DNA from: an uncultured Acidobacteriaceae bacterium
GTDB lineage: Bacteria > Acidobacteriota > Terriglobia > Terriglobales > Acidobacteriaceae
NCBI GenBank assembly: GCA_963785315.1
Contig: CAWAUX010000013.1
Span: 434,351 to 498,350 of the forward strand
Direction: 5' to 3'
DNA length: 64,000 nt
Below, piece by piece: positions 31,360 through 42,132 of the stretch. Every line of letters begins with the position of its first letter. Position 1 is the first letter of the stretch. Position numbers and translations under genes: made by a program. Under the pieces are notes generated by a model. It was not told the origin of the DNA and did no database searches. It saw only the letters and a program-made list of their open reading frames with translations.

Positions 31360-31482
31360 ATTGCAATCCTGGTTGAGTTTACGCCCAGTGCACCGGGCCG
31401 GGTAAGATACCTCCATTGGTACGATACCCAAGCCACCTATTAGGGACCCAGGCATCCTGTTGGGGAAAACGCTGGATGCGCG

Positions 31483-32640
31483 ATGTCCGGAATTGGGCCA
31501 ATATACTCAAGATGCCGATTCGAACGGGAACAACGTGCCCTCATGCCTGAGACCACAGACCAGCACAAGCAGGCAATCCTGGAACTTGAGGCTCTCATCC
31601 TTGGCGACGGAGATACTTCGGAGCGCAGTGGGCTGCTTGGTCGACGATATAAAGCTCTGTACGAAGATTCCCACGATGCAGAAGCCAGATCAGTTTTTTT
31701 GAATAAGGCCATCTTCTCTTTTGAGCGAGCGATGATGCTCGATGCGAATGACTATCTGCCGCCCTGCAGCTTGCCCCGTCTGTACCGGGAGAGGCAGTGG
31801 GAGGGCGACGAGATGAGAGCCTTGACCGCGGCTAACAATGCCCTCCTGGCTGGTGAGCGTTGGCTTAAGCGCAACCCAGCCGATCCCATGGTGGCTCCCA
31901 TGCTACTTGGCGCCGCGTTTGACGCGGGCGATATTTTGCGCGCCGAGAAGCTGCTGCATGCGCAGACGGGTCCACCTCTCGATACGCTTCCAGCAAGCAT
32001 TCCGGATTTGCGCAGATCGCTGTCGCTTCTCAACGACGCCGCGACCAGCACAGCGATGGCTTCAATCCTCGGTGGCTTGCAGCGATTATTGGACCCGAAC
32101 GGCACAGTCCTCGCGTTGGCGGGCAGACGCATCGACGCCCCAGGCGCGGAGGAACGTAGATTTCCTCCCGAGAATGAAGCCCTGGTAGCGGTTCGCATCC
32201 GTAATATGATGGTCTCCGCCGCGAGCCAGGCAGTGGTGTGTTCGGCTGCCAGTGGGGCGGATATTCTTGCCCTTGAAGGCGCAGCGCAACTAGGGCTGGG
32301 GCGGCGTGTGGTGCTTCCGTTTTCGAGGCAGCAATTTCGCGCAACCTCGGTGGCTGATCGTGGCGAAGACTGGGGGCGCCGCTTGGACGCGATTCTGCAA
32401 CAGATGCAGAGTAAAGACATTCTGGAGTTGAATCTTCAGGGCGGCGACAATGAGGCTTATGCAACCGTGAACTCAAAAATCATAGACGAGGCCGTGGGGT
32501 GGGCATCGACGACCGGCCGTCGCGCGCTGGCGATGGTTGTTTGGAACGGATTCAGCCGAGGTGCAATGGACCTGACGGACGGATTTAGGGCAGTTGCAGC
32601 CGACAGAAAATTGGAAGTGATCCCAGTAACTACGCTCTGA
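31483..32640 (+). CDS. TPR-like (C-terminal half of DUF4071 / ASK-type TRAF-binding region) + SLOG/LOG-like Rossmann domain protein
   Basis: N-half: SGLLGRRYKALYED...AMMLDANDYLPPCSLPRLY...PMVAPMLLGAAFDAGD resembles DUF4071. C-half: VLALAGRRID..., VVCSAASGADILALEGAAQLG, RRVVLPF and AMVVWNGFSRGAMDLTDGF resemble the GGxxGaD and PGGxGT loops of SLOG-superfamily folds. Assignment by motif recall only. Alternative start at 31543. Confidence 0.55.
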   Translation: MSGIGPIYSRCRFEREQRALMPETTDQHKQAILELEALILGDGDTSERSGLLGRRYKALYEDSHDAEARSVFLNKAIFSFERAMMLDANDYLPPCSLPRLYRERQWEGDEMRALTAANNALLAGERWLKRNPADPMVAPMLLGAAFDAGDILRAEKLLHAQTGPPLDTLPASIPDLRRSLSLLNDAATSTAMASILGGLQRLLDPNGTVLALAGRRIDAPGAEERRFPPENEALVAVRIRNMMVSAASQAVVCSAASGADILALEGAAQLGLGRRVVLPFSRQQFRATSVADRGEDWGRRLDAILQQMQSKDILELNLQGGDNEAYATVNSKIIDEAVGWASTTGRRALAMVVWNGFSRGAMDLTDGFRAVAADRKLEVIPVTTL

Positions 32641-32789
32641 ACTGCAAGTTTTCAGTCCGACTCTTTTTATCCCACTCCACGACTGCCAAAGTGGTGGGCC
32701 ATCGCTCCTCACTTTGGCATGGGTGGAGTGGGATGGACAATTTCGTCCTGGCTGGACGATGATCTGCTCCTATTCAAGTTACTGGCCAC

Positions 32790-34178
32790 TTACTGCCAGC
32801 CTCCGCCGAGGGCCTTGTAAAGTTGCACCAGGCTCTGGTACTCGTTGCCCCGAGCCTGGGCGAGAGTTAGCTCGGCGTCAAATAGTGACCGCTGCCCATC
32901 GAGAACTTCAAGATAAGTGGTAATGCCTCCCCGATAACGTCGCAGAGAAGTATTGACTGAATCCTGCAGGTCCTTGACCGTGATCTCCTGCGCGACGCGG
33001 ACTTGATGTAGTTTCTGATAACCGATCAGAGCATCGGAGACATCGCGGAAGGATAACTGGATAACCTGCTTATACGCGATCAGTTCCTGGCGTTGTTCGG
33101 ATTCAGCCAGTCTCAGGTTTCCACGCAGAGCGCCGCCAGTGAAAATCGGTTGACTGACCTGCGCGCCGTAGGACCAAATTCCGATTTGTGAACTCATAAG
33201 GCCGGTGAGGAGACTGCTTCGACCAAACGCGCCCCCGCCGGAGCCGGTAAGAGAAATCTGCGGAAAAAACGCAGCCCTGGCGACGCCGATCTCAGCGTTG
33301 GCGGTGATCAGGTCCTGTTCGACCTGGCGAATGTCCGGGCGCCGTTCGAGCAACGTCGATGGCAGCCCCGGCGGCACCTCCGGAGGAAGCGGCTGCTCGG
33401 CTAATGGCAGTCCACGCCGTATGCTCTCGGGATAATGGCCCAGGAGAATGCTGATCGCGTCTTCCTCCTGACCAATCTGTCGCTCCAGGTCCGGCACCGC
33501 TGCGTTGGCAATGTCCAGCACCTGCTGCGCTTGCAGCACATCCAGCTTGGTGGCAAGACCGTGGTCAAGCCGCAACTTGGTCAGCTTGACGGAATCTTCC
33601 TGGCTCTTCACCGTGTCGCGCGTGATTTGCAGTTCGAGATAAAGCTCCAGCAGCGCGAAGTAGTCGCTCGCCACATCGCTGACAAGGGTGAGTACGACAG
33701 TGTCCCGCGCATCCTCGGTTGCCAGGAGCTGGGCGCGTGAAGCCTCGGTGGCACGCCGCAAGCGACCGAAGAGATCCAACTGGAATGCCGCATCGGCGGT
33801 GAGCGCGAGAATGTTGTACGTAGACTGGCTGCTCGGATCTTTCCCGCCCTGGAAGTTACTGTTCGCTTGCACCTGGGGAAATAGACTGGACCGCGTAATG
33901 GTGACCTGTGCACGCGCAGCAACAATGCGCTCGGTCGCCAATTGAAGATCGTAATTCTCCTTCAGTGCGGTGCGAATGAGCTCCTGCAGTTGCGGGTCCT
34001 GGAAGACTTGCCACCAGTGAAGGTCGGCAAAGGACGCTGTCTGGACCTGGGCCTGCGAGTTATCGCTAAGATCACGGTACACGCCTGGAGTAGGAACGGC
34101 GGGCCGGTGATAATTGGGACCCACCATGCAGCCGATCATTAACATCGAGATAGCAGCGAAGATCGCGCAGGTTTTCAT
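32790..34178 (-). CDS. RND efflux outer-membrane factor lipoprotein, NodT family
   Basis: Lipobox MLMIGC followed by the two-repeat OMF layout. Intact 462-aa ORF immediately downstream of the RND permease. Confidence 0.9.
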   Translation of the reverse strand: MKTCAIFAAISMLMIGCMVGPNYHRPAVPTPGVYRDLSDNSQAQVQTASFADLHWWQVFQDPQLQELIRTALKENYDLQLATERIVAARAQVTITRSSLFPQVQANSNFQGGKDPSSQSTYNILALTADAAFQLDLFGRLRRATEASRAQLLATEDARDTVVLTLVSDVASDYFALLELYLELQITRDTVKSQEDSVKLTKLRLDHGLATKLDVLQAQQVLDIANAAVPDLERQIGQEEDAISILLGHYPESIRRGLPLAEQPLPPEVPPGLPSTLLERRPDIRQVEQDLITANAEIGVARAAFFPQISLTGSGGGAFGRSSLLTGLMSSQIGIWSYGAQVSQPIFTGGALRGNLRLAESEQRQELIAYKQVIQLSFRDVSDALIGYQKLHQVRVAQEITVKDLQDSVNTSLRRYRGGITTYLEVLDGQRSLFDAELTLAQARGNEYQSLVQLYKALGGGWQ

Positions 34179-34185
34179 CGCTTGA

Positions 34186-37100
34186 TCAATCTCCCTCCGA
34201 CGGCACGGTCGTTTCCGGCAGCGCGGCGGGAACCGGGTGCCTGCCGGCGCCTGACCACTTCTCCACCAGGTAGAAAATCGCAGGCACGAAAAAGATCCCG
34301 ATCAAGCTGGCGGCGAGCATGCCGCCGATCACCGTCGTGCCCATGATCTGGCGAGCAACAGATCCGGCTCCTGTGGCCGTCCAAAGCGGGACGCAACCAA
34401 GGATGAAGGCGAACGACGTCATCAAAATCGGCCGCAGACGTAGCCTGGCTCCTTCGAGCGCAGCATCCGCAAGAGGTTTACCACTCTCGTATTGCTCTTT
34501 AGCGAACTCGACGATCAGAATCGCATTCTTGGCCGCGAGACCGATGAGCATGACCAGCCCGATTTGCGAATAGACATCGGTTTCCATCTGGACCAGATAC
34601 GGGGGCAGGAACATTTGCAGCAGGACGCGCCGCGCCCACAGAAAACCAAAGGCCCCAAAAATCGCGACGGGCGTACTGAGCAACACACTGAACGGCAGCG
34701 ACCAGCTTTCATACAACGCGGCAAGAACGAGAAAGACGAAGAGCAGCGAAAGCGAGAAGATGACTGCAGGTGGCACTCCCTGCCGCGCCTTCTGCTCCAG
34801 AAAGGAAATACCCAGGTAGTCGAAGCCCATCTCGCTCGGCATCGTCTGTTTGAAAACCTCTTCCAGGGCATTCGTAGCCTGCTCGGCGCTATAGCCTGGC
34901 GCCGCGCTACCGTTAATTTGCGCGGAACGATATTCGTTGTAACGCAAAGTAAATTCCGGCCCGAAGCGCGGCTTGAGCGTGGTAAGGGTGGATAGGGGGA
35001 CATTCTCTCCCCTGCCGTTGCGGACATAGAACTGGCCAACGTTTTCTATCCTGGCGCGGTCCTCACCCTCGGCTTCGATATAGACCTGCCACTGGCGGCC
35101 GAAGCGATTGAAATAGTTGATGAAATAACCGCCCATAAATGCCTGGATGGTGCGGTAGACATCGCTCAGATTCACACCTTGCTTCAGCACCTTGTCGCGA
35201 TCTACCTGAATAAATTCCTGGGGAACGTTGGGCAAAAAAGTGGTGCTAAGACTGGCGATCTCGGGGCGTTTTCGAGCGGCAGCAAGAAAGCGGTTCAGAT
35301 TTCTGGCGAGGAACTGAACATCGCCTCCGGAACGGTCCTCGAGCATAAAGGTGAAACCGCCGGAAGTGCCGACGCCAGGAATGGCAGGCGGGGAAAAGCT
35401 GAAGGCAACTCCCGCCGGCAACTTGCTCAACTCCCGGTTGAGGTGCGCCTTGATGGATTGAAATTGCTGCTCTCTCGAAGTTCGCTTATCCCAGGGCTGG
35501 AGGGCCACAGAGAAGAACGCGCTGTAGCTGGTGCGCACATAACTAAGCAAACTGAAGCCCACAACGCTGGTTGCGTATTTCACTCCCGGGGTATTGAGGA
35601 TGACTTTTTCAACCTGGGCGGCCATGGCGGTTGTCCGTTCCATCGAGGCCCCGTCCGGCAGCTGCAGATTGATGTAGGCATAACCCTGGTCCTCGTCGGG
35701 GAGAAAGCTGGATGGCACACGGGAGGCAAAAAAAGCGGCTGCAACGCCACAAGCCACCAGCAGTACAAGCACCACCGCGGTTTTCGTGAGCAGCACCCCA
35801 CTCCAACGGACGTAGATCTCAGTCGCTCGCCCGAAACGGCCGTTGAACCAATCGAAGAATCGTCTCAGCAAGCCGCGGCTCGGTTGCCGGGGGCGAAGAA
35901 GCAGCGCGGAAAGCGCCGGGCTGAGGGTAAGCGCGTTGAACGCCGAGAGAACCACGGAGATAGCAATGGTGACGGCAAACTGCTGATAGAGTCTGCCGGT
36001 GATTCCAGGGATGAAGGCGGTGGGCACAAAGACAGCGGAGAGAACCAGGGCGATGCCAACCACCGGCCCGGAAAGTTCTTCCATCGCTTTGAATGCCGCG
36101 GCCTTCGGAGTGAGCCCCTCCTCGATGTGCCGCTCCACGCCCTCGACTACGACGATGGCGTCATCCACCACCAGCCCGATCGCCAGCACGAGGCCAAAAA
36201 GCGAAAGGGTGTTGATGGAAAAACCGAACAGGGGAAAGATGGCGAACGTGCCCACCAGCGAAACGGGCACGGCCAGTAGCGGAATCAAGGTGGAGCGCCA
36301 ACTCTGAAGGAACAGATAGACAACCAGGATCACCAGCACGAGTGCGATGGCCAGCGTCTTAACGATTTCCTTGATGCCCTCTGTCACCGACAGAGTGGTA
36401 TCCAGCGCAACCTTGAAGTCCATGTCCGCGGGAAAGCGCTGTTTCATTTGCGACATCAATTTGTTGATGCCTGCCGCGGCGTCGACCGCGTTGGAGCCGG
36501 GCAATTGATAGATGGAGAGGATAGCGCTGGGCTCTCCGTTGAAACGTCCAGCGACGGTATAGTCCTGCGAACCCAGCTCGATGCGCGCGACATCGCGTAC
36601 GCGGACGGTCCCACCGTCGGGAGTCTCGCGCACCACGATCGCTCCGAATTCTTCCGGCGAGACGAGACGGCCCTGGGCGAGCACCGAATAGGTGAACTCC
36701 TGACCTTTGGGAGCAGGCTCGCCTCCTGCCTTCCCTGTCGGGTTGACGGTGTTCTGCGCTTGAATGGCGCTGACGATCTCCGGGACGGTGATGCCCAGCT
36801 TGGCCAGGGTGTCGGGTTTTACCCATAAGCGCATCGCATATTGACCGGAGCCGAACACGTTCACGTTGCCGACGCCGGTCGAACGCAGAATGGGGTCAAC
36901 CAGATTGATGTACGCGTAGTTGGCGAGAAACCTGGCGTTATAGGTTCCGTGGGGCGAATAAAGGGCCACCCACATAAGGGGAGCGGTGACCGATTTTCGA
37001 ACCGTGATTCCGTAGTTGGTAACGTCCGCGGGCAGCTGAGAAGCGGCCTGCGTTTCACGGCTTTGCGCGAGAATGTAGTCGGTGTTGGGATCGGTCTTTA

Positions 37101-37389
37101 CGTCGAAGTCGGTGATCAGGGTGGTGGTTGAGTTGGCGGTGGCGTTCACCGAATACATGTAGTTCATGTTGTCTACGCCATTCATCTGCTGTTCGATGGG
37201 CGTGGCAACGGCTTGCTCCAGGGTTTGCGCGTCCGCGCCGACATAGGTGGCGAGGATCTGGATCTCGGGCGGGGTGAGGTTGGGGAATTGCGCGACCGGC
37301 AAGGTGAGCATGGTGAGGCCGCCAACCAGCACCATGACGATCGAGATCACCATGGCGACGATGGGGCGGTTGATAAAGAACTTGGACAT
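34186..37389 (-). CDS. RND multidrug efflux permease (HAE1, AcrB/MexB-like)
   Basis: [24 protein letters not shown] start. ~1065 aa with 12 TM segments and two large periplasmic loops. Intact. Confidence 0.9.
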   Translation of the reverse strand: MSKFFINRPIVAMVISIVMVLVGGLTMLTLPVAQFPNLTPPEIQILATYVGADAQTLEQAVATPIEQQMNGVDNMNYMYSVNATANSTTTLITDFDVKTDPNTDYILAQSRETQAASQLPADVTNYGITVRKSVTAPLMWVALYSPHGTYNARFLANYAYINLVDPILRSTGVGNVNVFGSGQYAMRLWVKPDTLAKLGITVPEIVSAIQAQNTVNPTGKAGGEPAPKGQEFTYSVLAQGRLVSPEEFGAIVVRETPDGGTVRVRDVARIELGSQDYTVAGRFNGEPSAILSIYQLPGSNAVDAAAGINKLMSQMKQRFPADMDFKVALDTTLSVTEGIKEIVKTLAIALVLVILVVYLFLQSWRSTLIPLLAVPVSLVGTFAIFPLFGFSINTLSLFGLVLAIGLVVDDAIVVVEGVERHIEEGLTPKAAAFKAMEELSGPVVGIALVLSAVFVPTAFIPGITGRLYQQFAVTIAISVVLSAFNALTLSPALSALLLRPRQPSRGLLRRFFDWFNGRFGRATEIYVRWSGVLLTKTAVVLVLLVACGVAAAFFASRVPSSFLPDEDQGYAYINLQLPDGASMERTTAMAAQVEKVILNTPGVKYATSVVGFSLLSYVRTSYSAFFSVALQPWDKRTSREQQFQSIKAHLNRELSKLPAGVAFSFSPPAIPGVGTSGGFTFMLEDRSGGDVQFLARNLNRFLAAARKRPEIASLSTTFLPNVPQEFIQVDRDKVLKQGVNLSDVYRTIQAFMGGYFINYFNRFGRQWQVYIEAEGEDRARIENVGQFYVRNGRGENVPLSTLTTLKPRFGPEFTLRYNEYRSAQINGSAAPGYSAEQATNALEEVFKQTMPSEMGFDYLGISFLEQKARQGVPPAVIFSLSLLFVFLVLAALYESWSLPFSVLLSTPVAIFGAFGFLWARRVLLQMFLPPYLVQMETDVYSQIGLVMLIGLAAKNAILIVEFAKEQYESGKPLADAALEGARLRLRPILMTSFAFILGCVPLWTATGAGSVARQIMGTTVIGGMLAASLIGIFFVPAIFYLVEKWSGAGRHPVPAALPETTVPSEGD

Positions 37390-37393
37390 GGAA

Positions 37394-38599
37394 TTACCTT
37401 CCCGCAGTGTCCTGGACAAATGGCCTGGGGTTCACTTGCAGGCCCGGACGTACCTTCTGCACGCCCTCCGCGACCACGCGTTCGCCCGGTTTTAATCCTT
37501 CCGCAATGACCCACTGGTTGCCGATTCGATCGCCCACTTTGACGGGCCGGATGTTGACCTTGTTGTCATCCCCCACGATCGCGACTTGATAGCTGCCTTG
37601 CAGCTCGGAGACGGCACGCTGAGGCACCAGCAACGCGCCCTGCTGTATGCGGACAACGGCGCGCACTTTGCCGTACCCGCCAGGACGCAAAATATTTCCT
37701 GGATTAGGAAACACCCCAGCGATTCGAATGGCCCCGGTACTCTCATTTACCTGGCGATCGGCAAAGAAGAACTTGCCCGGATGCTCATAGGTGGAACCAT
37801 CGGCCAAAATCAGTTCGAGGCGCAGATTCTCAATAGCCGTTTGTCGAGCGGCCTCGGTTGGGAAGCGTTGTCTCCAGGCAAGGTATTGGGGTTCGCCGAC
37901 GGTGAAGAAAACCTTGATGGGGTCGACCGTGGACACGGAGGTCACCGGCCCGCTGCCCAGGTTCACTAACGCGCCAACCTGAAGCTGAGCCTGCCCGGCG
38001 ATGCCGTCGATGGGGGCCACGAGGCGGGTGAACTCCAGGTTGATGCGCGCGGTTTCGACCGCAGCCTCGGCGCTTTTGATCTGGGCCTCAGCGGTCTGCA
38101 CCGTGGCCTTGGCGGCCAGGTTATTCTGCACGGCGTTGTCGAGGTCCTGCTGGCTCGCTGCCTGTTCTTTGGCCAGGGGTTCGTACTTCTCTACATCCAG
38201 CTGAGTTCTTCCCTGAACAGCTACGTCGTTAGCCAGCTGCGCTTTGGCCTGTGCTAACTGCCCCTGGGCCTGGTCGAGAGCCGCCTGGAACGGCCGCGGA
38301 TCAATCTCGAAGAGCAACTGGCCCTTCCTGACGAATGCCCCTTCCTGATAACCCTGCTTCAGCAGGTACCCTGTCACCTGCGCCCGGACATCCGCATTAG
38401 TAAATCCGTCGAGGGTGCCGATCCACTCGCCAAAAATCGGCACATCCTTCTGCTCAACCTGCACCACCTCAACATTCAGTGGACTGTCGGGTTTTGCTCC
38501 GGATACGTGCTTGGGGTACATCGCTCCAATGATCAGGCCGATGACAAGCAGGCCAAGCGCGCCGCCTACCCAGAGTTTGTACTTCGAAAGAACGTTCAT
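37394..38599 (-). CDS. RND efflux periplasmic adaptor (membrane fusion protein)
   Basis: N-terminal TM anchor, coiled-coil hairpin ([20 protein letters not shown]...[22 protein letters not shown]), then beta-barrel and MP domains. The stop lies 5 nt before the permease ATG. Confidence 0.9.
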   Translation of the reverse strand: MNVLSKYKLWVGGALGLLVIGLIIGAMYPKHVSGAKPDSPLNVEVVQVEQKDVPIFGEWIGTLDGFTNADVRAQVTGYLLKQGYQEGAFVRKGQLLFEIDPRPFQAALDQAQGQLAQAKAQLANDVAVQGRTQLDVEKYEPLAKEQAASQQDLDNAVQNNLAAKATVQTAEAQIKSAEAAVETARINLEFTRLVAPIDGIAGQAQLQVGALVNLGSGPVTSVSTVDPIKVFFTVGEPQYLAWRQRFPTEAARQTAIENLRLELILADGSTYEHPGKFFFADRQVNESTGAIRIAGVFPNPGNILRPGGYGKVRAVVRIQQGALLVPQRAVSELQGSYQVAIVGDDNKVNIRPVKVGDRIGNQWVIAEGLKPGERVVAEGVQKVRPGLQVNPRPFVQDTAGR

Positions 38600-39131
38600 A
38601 TTCTTCCCAGGCAGGGCGAACATTCCGAGGCAGCCGTGAAATCTTATTCAGTGTGCCTAGCTCAGGCGGTGCTTGATCCACGGCTCTACGGGGCCCTGGT
38701 TTCCAATGCAATGGACGAGCTTACGGGGCGAGAACGCAAGGGGCACGAAACTCATCCGCAGGTTTTCTAACGCTAAACAACGAGTAGGTTGCGATCATGT
38801 TAGCGCTTTCCGCCACAATCTGCCGCCCACAACGGTACACGTTGCAGAATATGCCAGCAAAGTAATGCCGGAACCAGGCAAAAGCATATCCATGGCGAGT
38901 GAGCCTTCCTTGCGTATATTTGCCGTTTTTTTGTTGATTCCGATCTTAATTCACGTGTCAAGGCGGCCAACCAACCCCCCGTTGCAATGGCGGACGCAGC
39001 TGCGACGCATGGTGACGTAAACACTACCTGGAAACCTGGGTGCCAGGCCAGCATTTCCAAGGTCGCTGACTCTCGAAATATCTCCCTTGGTGGCGCAATT
39101 TGTCGCTGGCCCTTTTTGCCGGTTCGAGCCG

Positions 39132-39398
39132 ATGCTTGAATATCTCAAGCGGAGCGAGCAACCACCGATGGCGTGTCCTGAGAGACTCAGACTGCAACAA
39201 CTCTATGAGGTTTCACTTCGACGCTGGGCGCAGATTGCGGCGTCTTCACAATTGTTCGGTCAAGCAACGTTGCTTACAGATCAGGTTCGGCTAAAGGTCA
39301 TCGCTGACAGGAACGCTGCCAAGAATCGACTCCTGATGCATCAGGAGCAATGCCAGACATGCCGTCGTACCCTGGTGTCCGGCACTGCTGTCCACTAG
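39132..39398 (+). CDS. hypothetical small protein
   Basis: ORF only (open from 39087). Contains CPERL...CQTC Cys pairs. No family recognised. Confidence 0.3.
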   Translation: MLEYLKRSEQPPMACPERLRLQQLYEVSLRRWAQIAASSQLFGQATLLTDQVRLKVIADRNAAKNRLLMHQEQCQTCRRTLVSGTAVH

Positions 39399-39790
39399 TT
39401 CCGGCGATCGCGAAATTGGGGTTCGTGCGGCACCGGCGATCGCCGTGTCAGCCGGTTGTGCGAAGGAGCCGCTACTGCCGCCAGGTAGACAAAACTCCGG
39501 CGCGAAGCCGTCGACAGGTGTCAAAACTTTGACATCCGTCCATGCGTTCCTGTTTCCAAAATTTTCCTGACAATTGCCGGCCGCGGAGCTGTCTCATGCC
39601 TGGCACGGATACCCATGGATATCCATGGGTAGCGAAACCCCAGAACACAAAAAATGCCGTTCATTACTCGCGAATTCGGATTGGCACTGAAAGTGCAACT
39701 GAGCAGTGCAAGGACGATACGAATCGGGCGATAAGGCTGATACACAAGGAACGCAGGCAGGTTTATCAATCATCGCCGAAGGAGAAACCA

Positions 39791-40018
39791 ATGCCGGTAC
39801 AAACACACTTCCCATTGAGTCACAGTAACCAATACACCGCGGACTCTGCATGCGGGCACTGTGAGGGAGTTATTCGCCACGAGCCGTGGTGCATAACACA
39901 AAACCCCAGCGTTCAATATGCCTATCAGACCGTCCTGGATCCAGGCCATTTAAGCCCTGGAGACCAGCTTATCCTGCATGCGTTAGGCGCCGCGTGGGCC
40001 CCGACGTCCATTCTATGA
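39791..40018 (+). CDS. hypothetical 75-aa Cys-containing protein
   Basis: ATG at 39791 after AAGGAGAAACCA. Motif CGHCEGVIRHEPWC. Lies 44 nt upstream of the sigma-like gene. Confidence 0.4.
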   Translation: MPVQTHFPLSHSNQYTADSACGHCEGVIRHEPWCITQNPSVQYAYQTVLDPGHLSPGDQLILHALGAAWAPTSIL

Positions 40019-40061
40019 AGACCCAGAGCAATCAGCGACTTCCAATCAAAGAGGTGAAACT

Positions 40062-40583
40062 ATGCTGCTGCCCATGCCTTTCGTTGACGAGAGAGCAACG
40101 TCATACCCAACCGCGACAGACTTTTTGAGGGCCTTTCACGAAGAGATGCACAGCCTGTACCTGCTCGCATTTCTCCTGACCGCAGACCATGATAAAGCCG
40201 AGCAGTGTCTCGTATCGGCGATGGGAGAATGCGTAGAGGGGATGGGTATTTTCATGGACCGGGCGCGTTCATGGACTCGGGGGGCAGTTCTCCGACACGC
40301 GATACATTTGATCATGCCCACACCGCAGTATGCGGATGGCCTATCGATGATCAACCTCGCGAGACCGGGAATGCGGGCAGAAAACGACCCCTTTGCCGCA
40401 ATCCTTTTATTGGATGCATTTGACCGCTTTGTCTTCGTCATGTCGATTCTTGAAGAGCAGTCCGACGAAGAATGCGCGCATCTGTTGAGATGTTCCCGGC
40501 GCGATGTGACGATAGCCCGGTTGGTGGCTCTCAAGAGTCAGTCGAAGACGGATTCTCTGGCCGGGGAGATAATGCAGTCCTGA
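40062..40583 (+). CDS. ECF-type sigma-70-like protein (divergent)
   Basis: AGAGGTG RBS. Region-2-like FHEEMHSLYLLAFLLTADHDKAEQCLVSAM and region-4-like FVFVMSILEEQSDEECAHLLRCSRRDVTIARLVAL. Confidence 0.5.
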   Translation: MLLPMPFVDERATSYPTATDFLRAFHEEMHSLYLLAFLLTADHDKAEQCLVSAMGECVEGMGIFMDRARSWTRGAVLRHAIHLIMPTPQYADGLSMINLARPGMRAENDPFAAILLLDAFDRFVFVMSILEEQSDEECAHLLRCSRRDVTIARLVALKSQSKTDSLAGEIMQS

Positions 40584-40597
40584 CGGATGAACGATGC

Positions 40598-41080
40598 TCA
40601 AGCCACCCTCCACACTCTCAGGATGACGTGTTCTGGATGTCGTTCAGCATCCCCCAGAAAGATCGACTTCTTAAGCCAATCGAACTTTCCATCGGGAGGG
40701 TAAAAGCGTGGTGCCGTTTTGAAGTAGTACTGGCTTGGGGCAACCGGCTCGCCGGCGGCGATGCGATCCAACACATCCTGCGCGCCGTGCCGGATTCCCG
40801 GATTGTTCACCTCGATCCGGACCGCGTCCGCCGTCTCGATGACATAATGTGCATCCACCAACGTAAGTCCGTCACGGTCGACGAACTGCCAATCGGCACC
40901 TCCGGGCAGGACGCGACCGGAAATCCCGGGCCCGCGAAAAGTCCCGCCGGTGATGGGAACCGTCCTCCTGAGCCCGAAGGAACCCCATCCGAGTTCGAAT
41001 ACCGGTCCAATGTTGACCCGCAGTTCGAGGGCAAACTCGAGGCGCGGAGATACCCTTGCTTCGACCATGTGCGTCTCCAA
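40598..41080 (-). CDS. DUF3237 (UPF0311) family protein
   Basis: LELRVNIGPVFELGWGSFGLRRTVPITGGTFRGPGISGRVLPGGADWQ...IFLGDAER matches the family pattern as recalled. Confidence 0.65.
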   Translation of the reverse strand: METHMVEARVSPRLEFALELRVNIGPVFELGWGSFGLRRTVPITGGTFRGPGISGRVLPGGADWQFVDRDGLTLVDAHYVIETADAVRIEVNNPGIRHGAQDVLDRIAAGEPVAPSQYYFKTAPRFYPPDGKFDWLKKSIFLGDAERHPEHVILRVWRVA

Positions 41081-41549
41081 GGTGTCGTAGTTAGTATCGT
41101 TGACATCGGTTCCTCCCCGCCGGGCGAACTGTCAAGCCGAACCAGCCTACAGGCGTCGCGCCAGCGTCGCTACTGGCAAAACTGATAGTTCGCAGCCGGA
41201 AACAGCTTGCGGCTCGCCGGGTTGCTCCCAAGTGGCTGCCAACCGGAAGCGATGGAAACTCTTGAGTCTATCTGTGTCAACCTGTCCGGTTCCGGCGCCC
41301 GCAACCACGGCACATCCAGGCTCTCCCTGATGCCGGCAGTTACGAAAGCGGCAGTCAATCGCTAGCCCGGAGATTTCGGGGAAATTTTGTGCGACCCCTC
41401 TATCGGTGGCCCAGGTGACATCCTCCCGTACGTGCTGCGACGGTTGGCAGCAAGCTGAAGGCCCAACCCGGCGGGAGTCACCCTTACAGAATCCTTCGGA
41501 ACTTGCTCCATGGTCTTAGAAGATTCCAACGCAACTTCCCTCGCTTCCC

Positions 41550-42023
41550 TTATTTATCCTTTGCCTGAAGTAAGCTCGTGTCCTTGCCGGTTTCTGGAGC
41601 TTCATCGAGTGCAGTCAGGATGGCCGCCTCCACCTCGTCAGAGTTGATGGGTTTGGTCACATAGCCGTCCATGCCGGCGGCAAGACAGCGCATACGGTCC
41701 TCCTTCATTACATGGGCAGTCATTGCGATAATCGGTATGTGCCCATGGATCGATTTTTCGTACTCACGAATTCTTTTCGTAGCTGAGATGCCGTCCATGT
41801 CGGGCATCTGAACATCCATCAGCACGAGGTCGAAGGTCTGCTGCTTAAGCAGATCAATCGCTTCGTGGCCATTATTGGCGATTACCAGGGTGTAGCCAAG
41901 GTTGGCTAAAAGCCGAGATGCGACCGCCTGATTCACACGATTGTCCTCGGCCAACAAGATGTGGACTTCCCTGCTACGCGATGTGAACTCGCGGGCTAAC
42001 ACTTTAGTCGAACTCTGCCTCAC
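41550..42023 (-). CDS. stand-alone response-regulator receiver (REC) domain protein
   Basis: ILLAEDNRVNQ...DLVLMDVQMPDMDG...IIAMTAHVMKEDRMRCLAAGMDGYVTKP is the REC type usually found at the C-terminus of hybrid kinases. No kinase is adjacent. Confidence 0.8.
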   Translation of the reverse strand: MRQSSTKVLAREFTSRSREVHILLAEDNRVNQAVASRLLANLGYTLVIANNGHEAIDLLKQQTFDLVLMDVQMPDMDGISATKRIREYEKSIHGHIPIIAMTAHVMKEDRMRCLAAGMDGYVTKPINSDEVEAAILTALDEAPETGKDTSLLQAKDK

Positions 42024-42132
42024 TCCGGTTTTTTAAGTCAATTTTTCATCATCTTCCTGTTCTCCGAAACCCCGTCTGGTCCCCGTAACCCTACTTGGCG
42101 CAAGTCTGTCAATTGGTTAACATCGCATCATC

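Noticed and set aside
35179-36279. Long ORFs antisense to real genes. Examples: 35179..36279 (+) inside the RND permease, 18476..19624 (+) inside the TonB-dependent receptor, 6032..7249 (-) inside the FG-GAP gene, 27569..28549 (-) inside the MFS gene, 55382..56302 (-) inside the GH18 gene, 15047..16003 (+), 25257..26093 (+) and 59415..60065 (-).
   Set aside because: These are typical high-GC shadow ORFs. Their compositions are Arg/Gly/Pro-rich and low in complexity, and they have no recognisable motifs. The opposite strand carries strongly supported genes.
38673-39020. 115-aa ORF in the gap upstream of the RND operon, considered as a possible missing TetR-type regulator.
   Set aside because: It has no HTH motif, an odd composition and no RBS. 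It is treated as non-coding.
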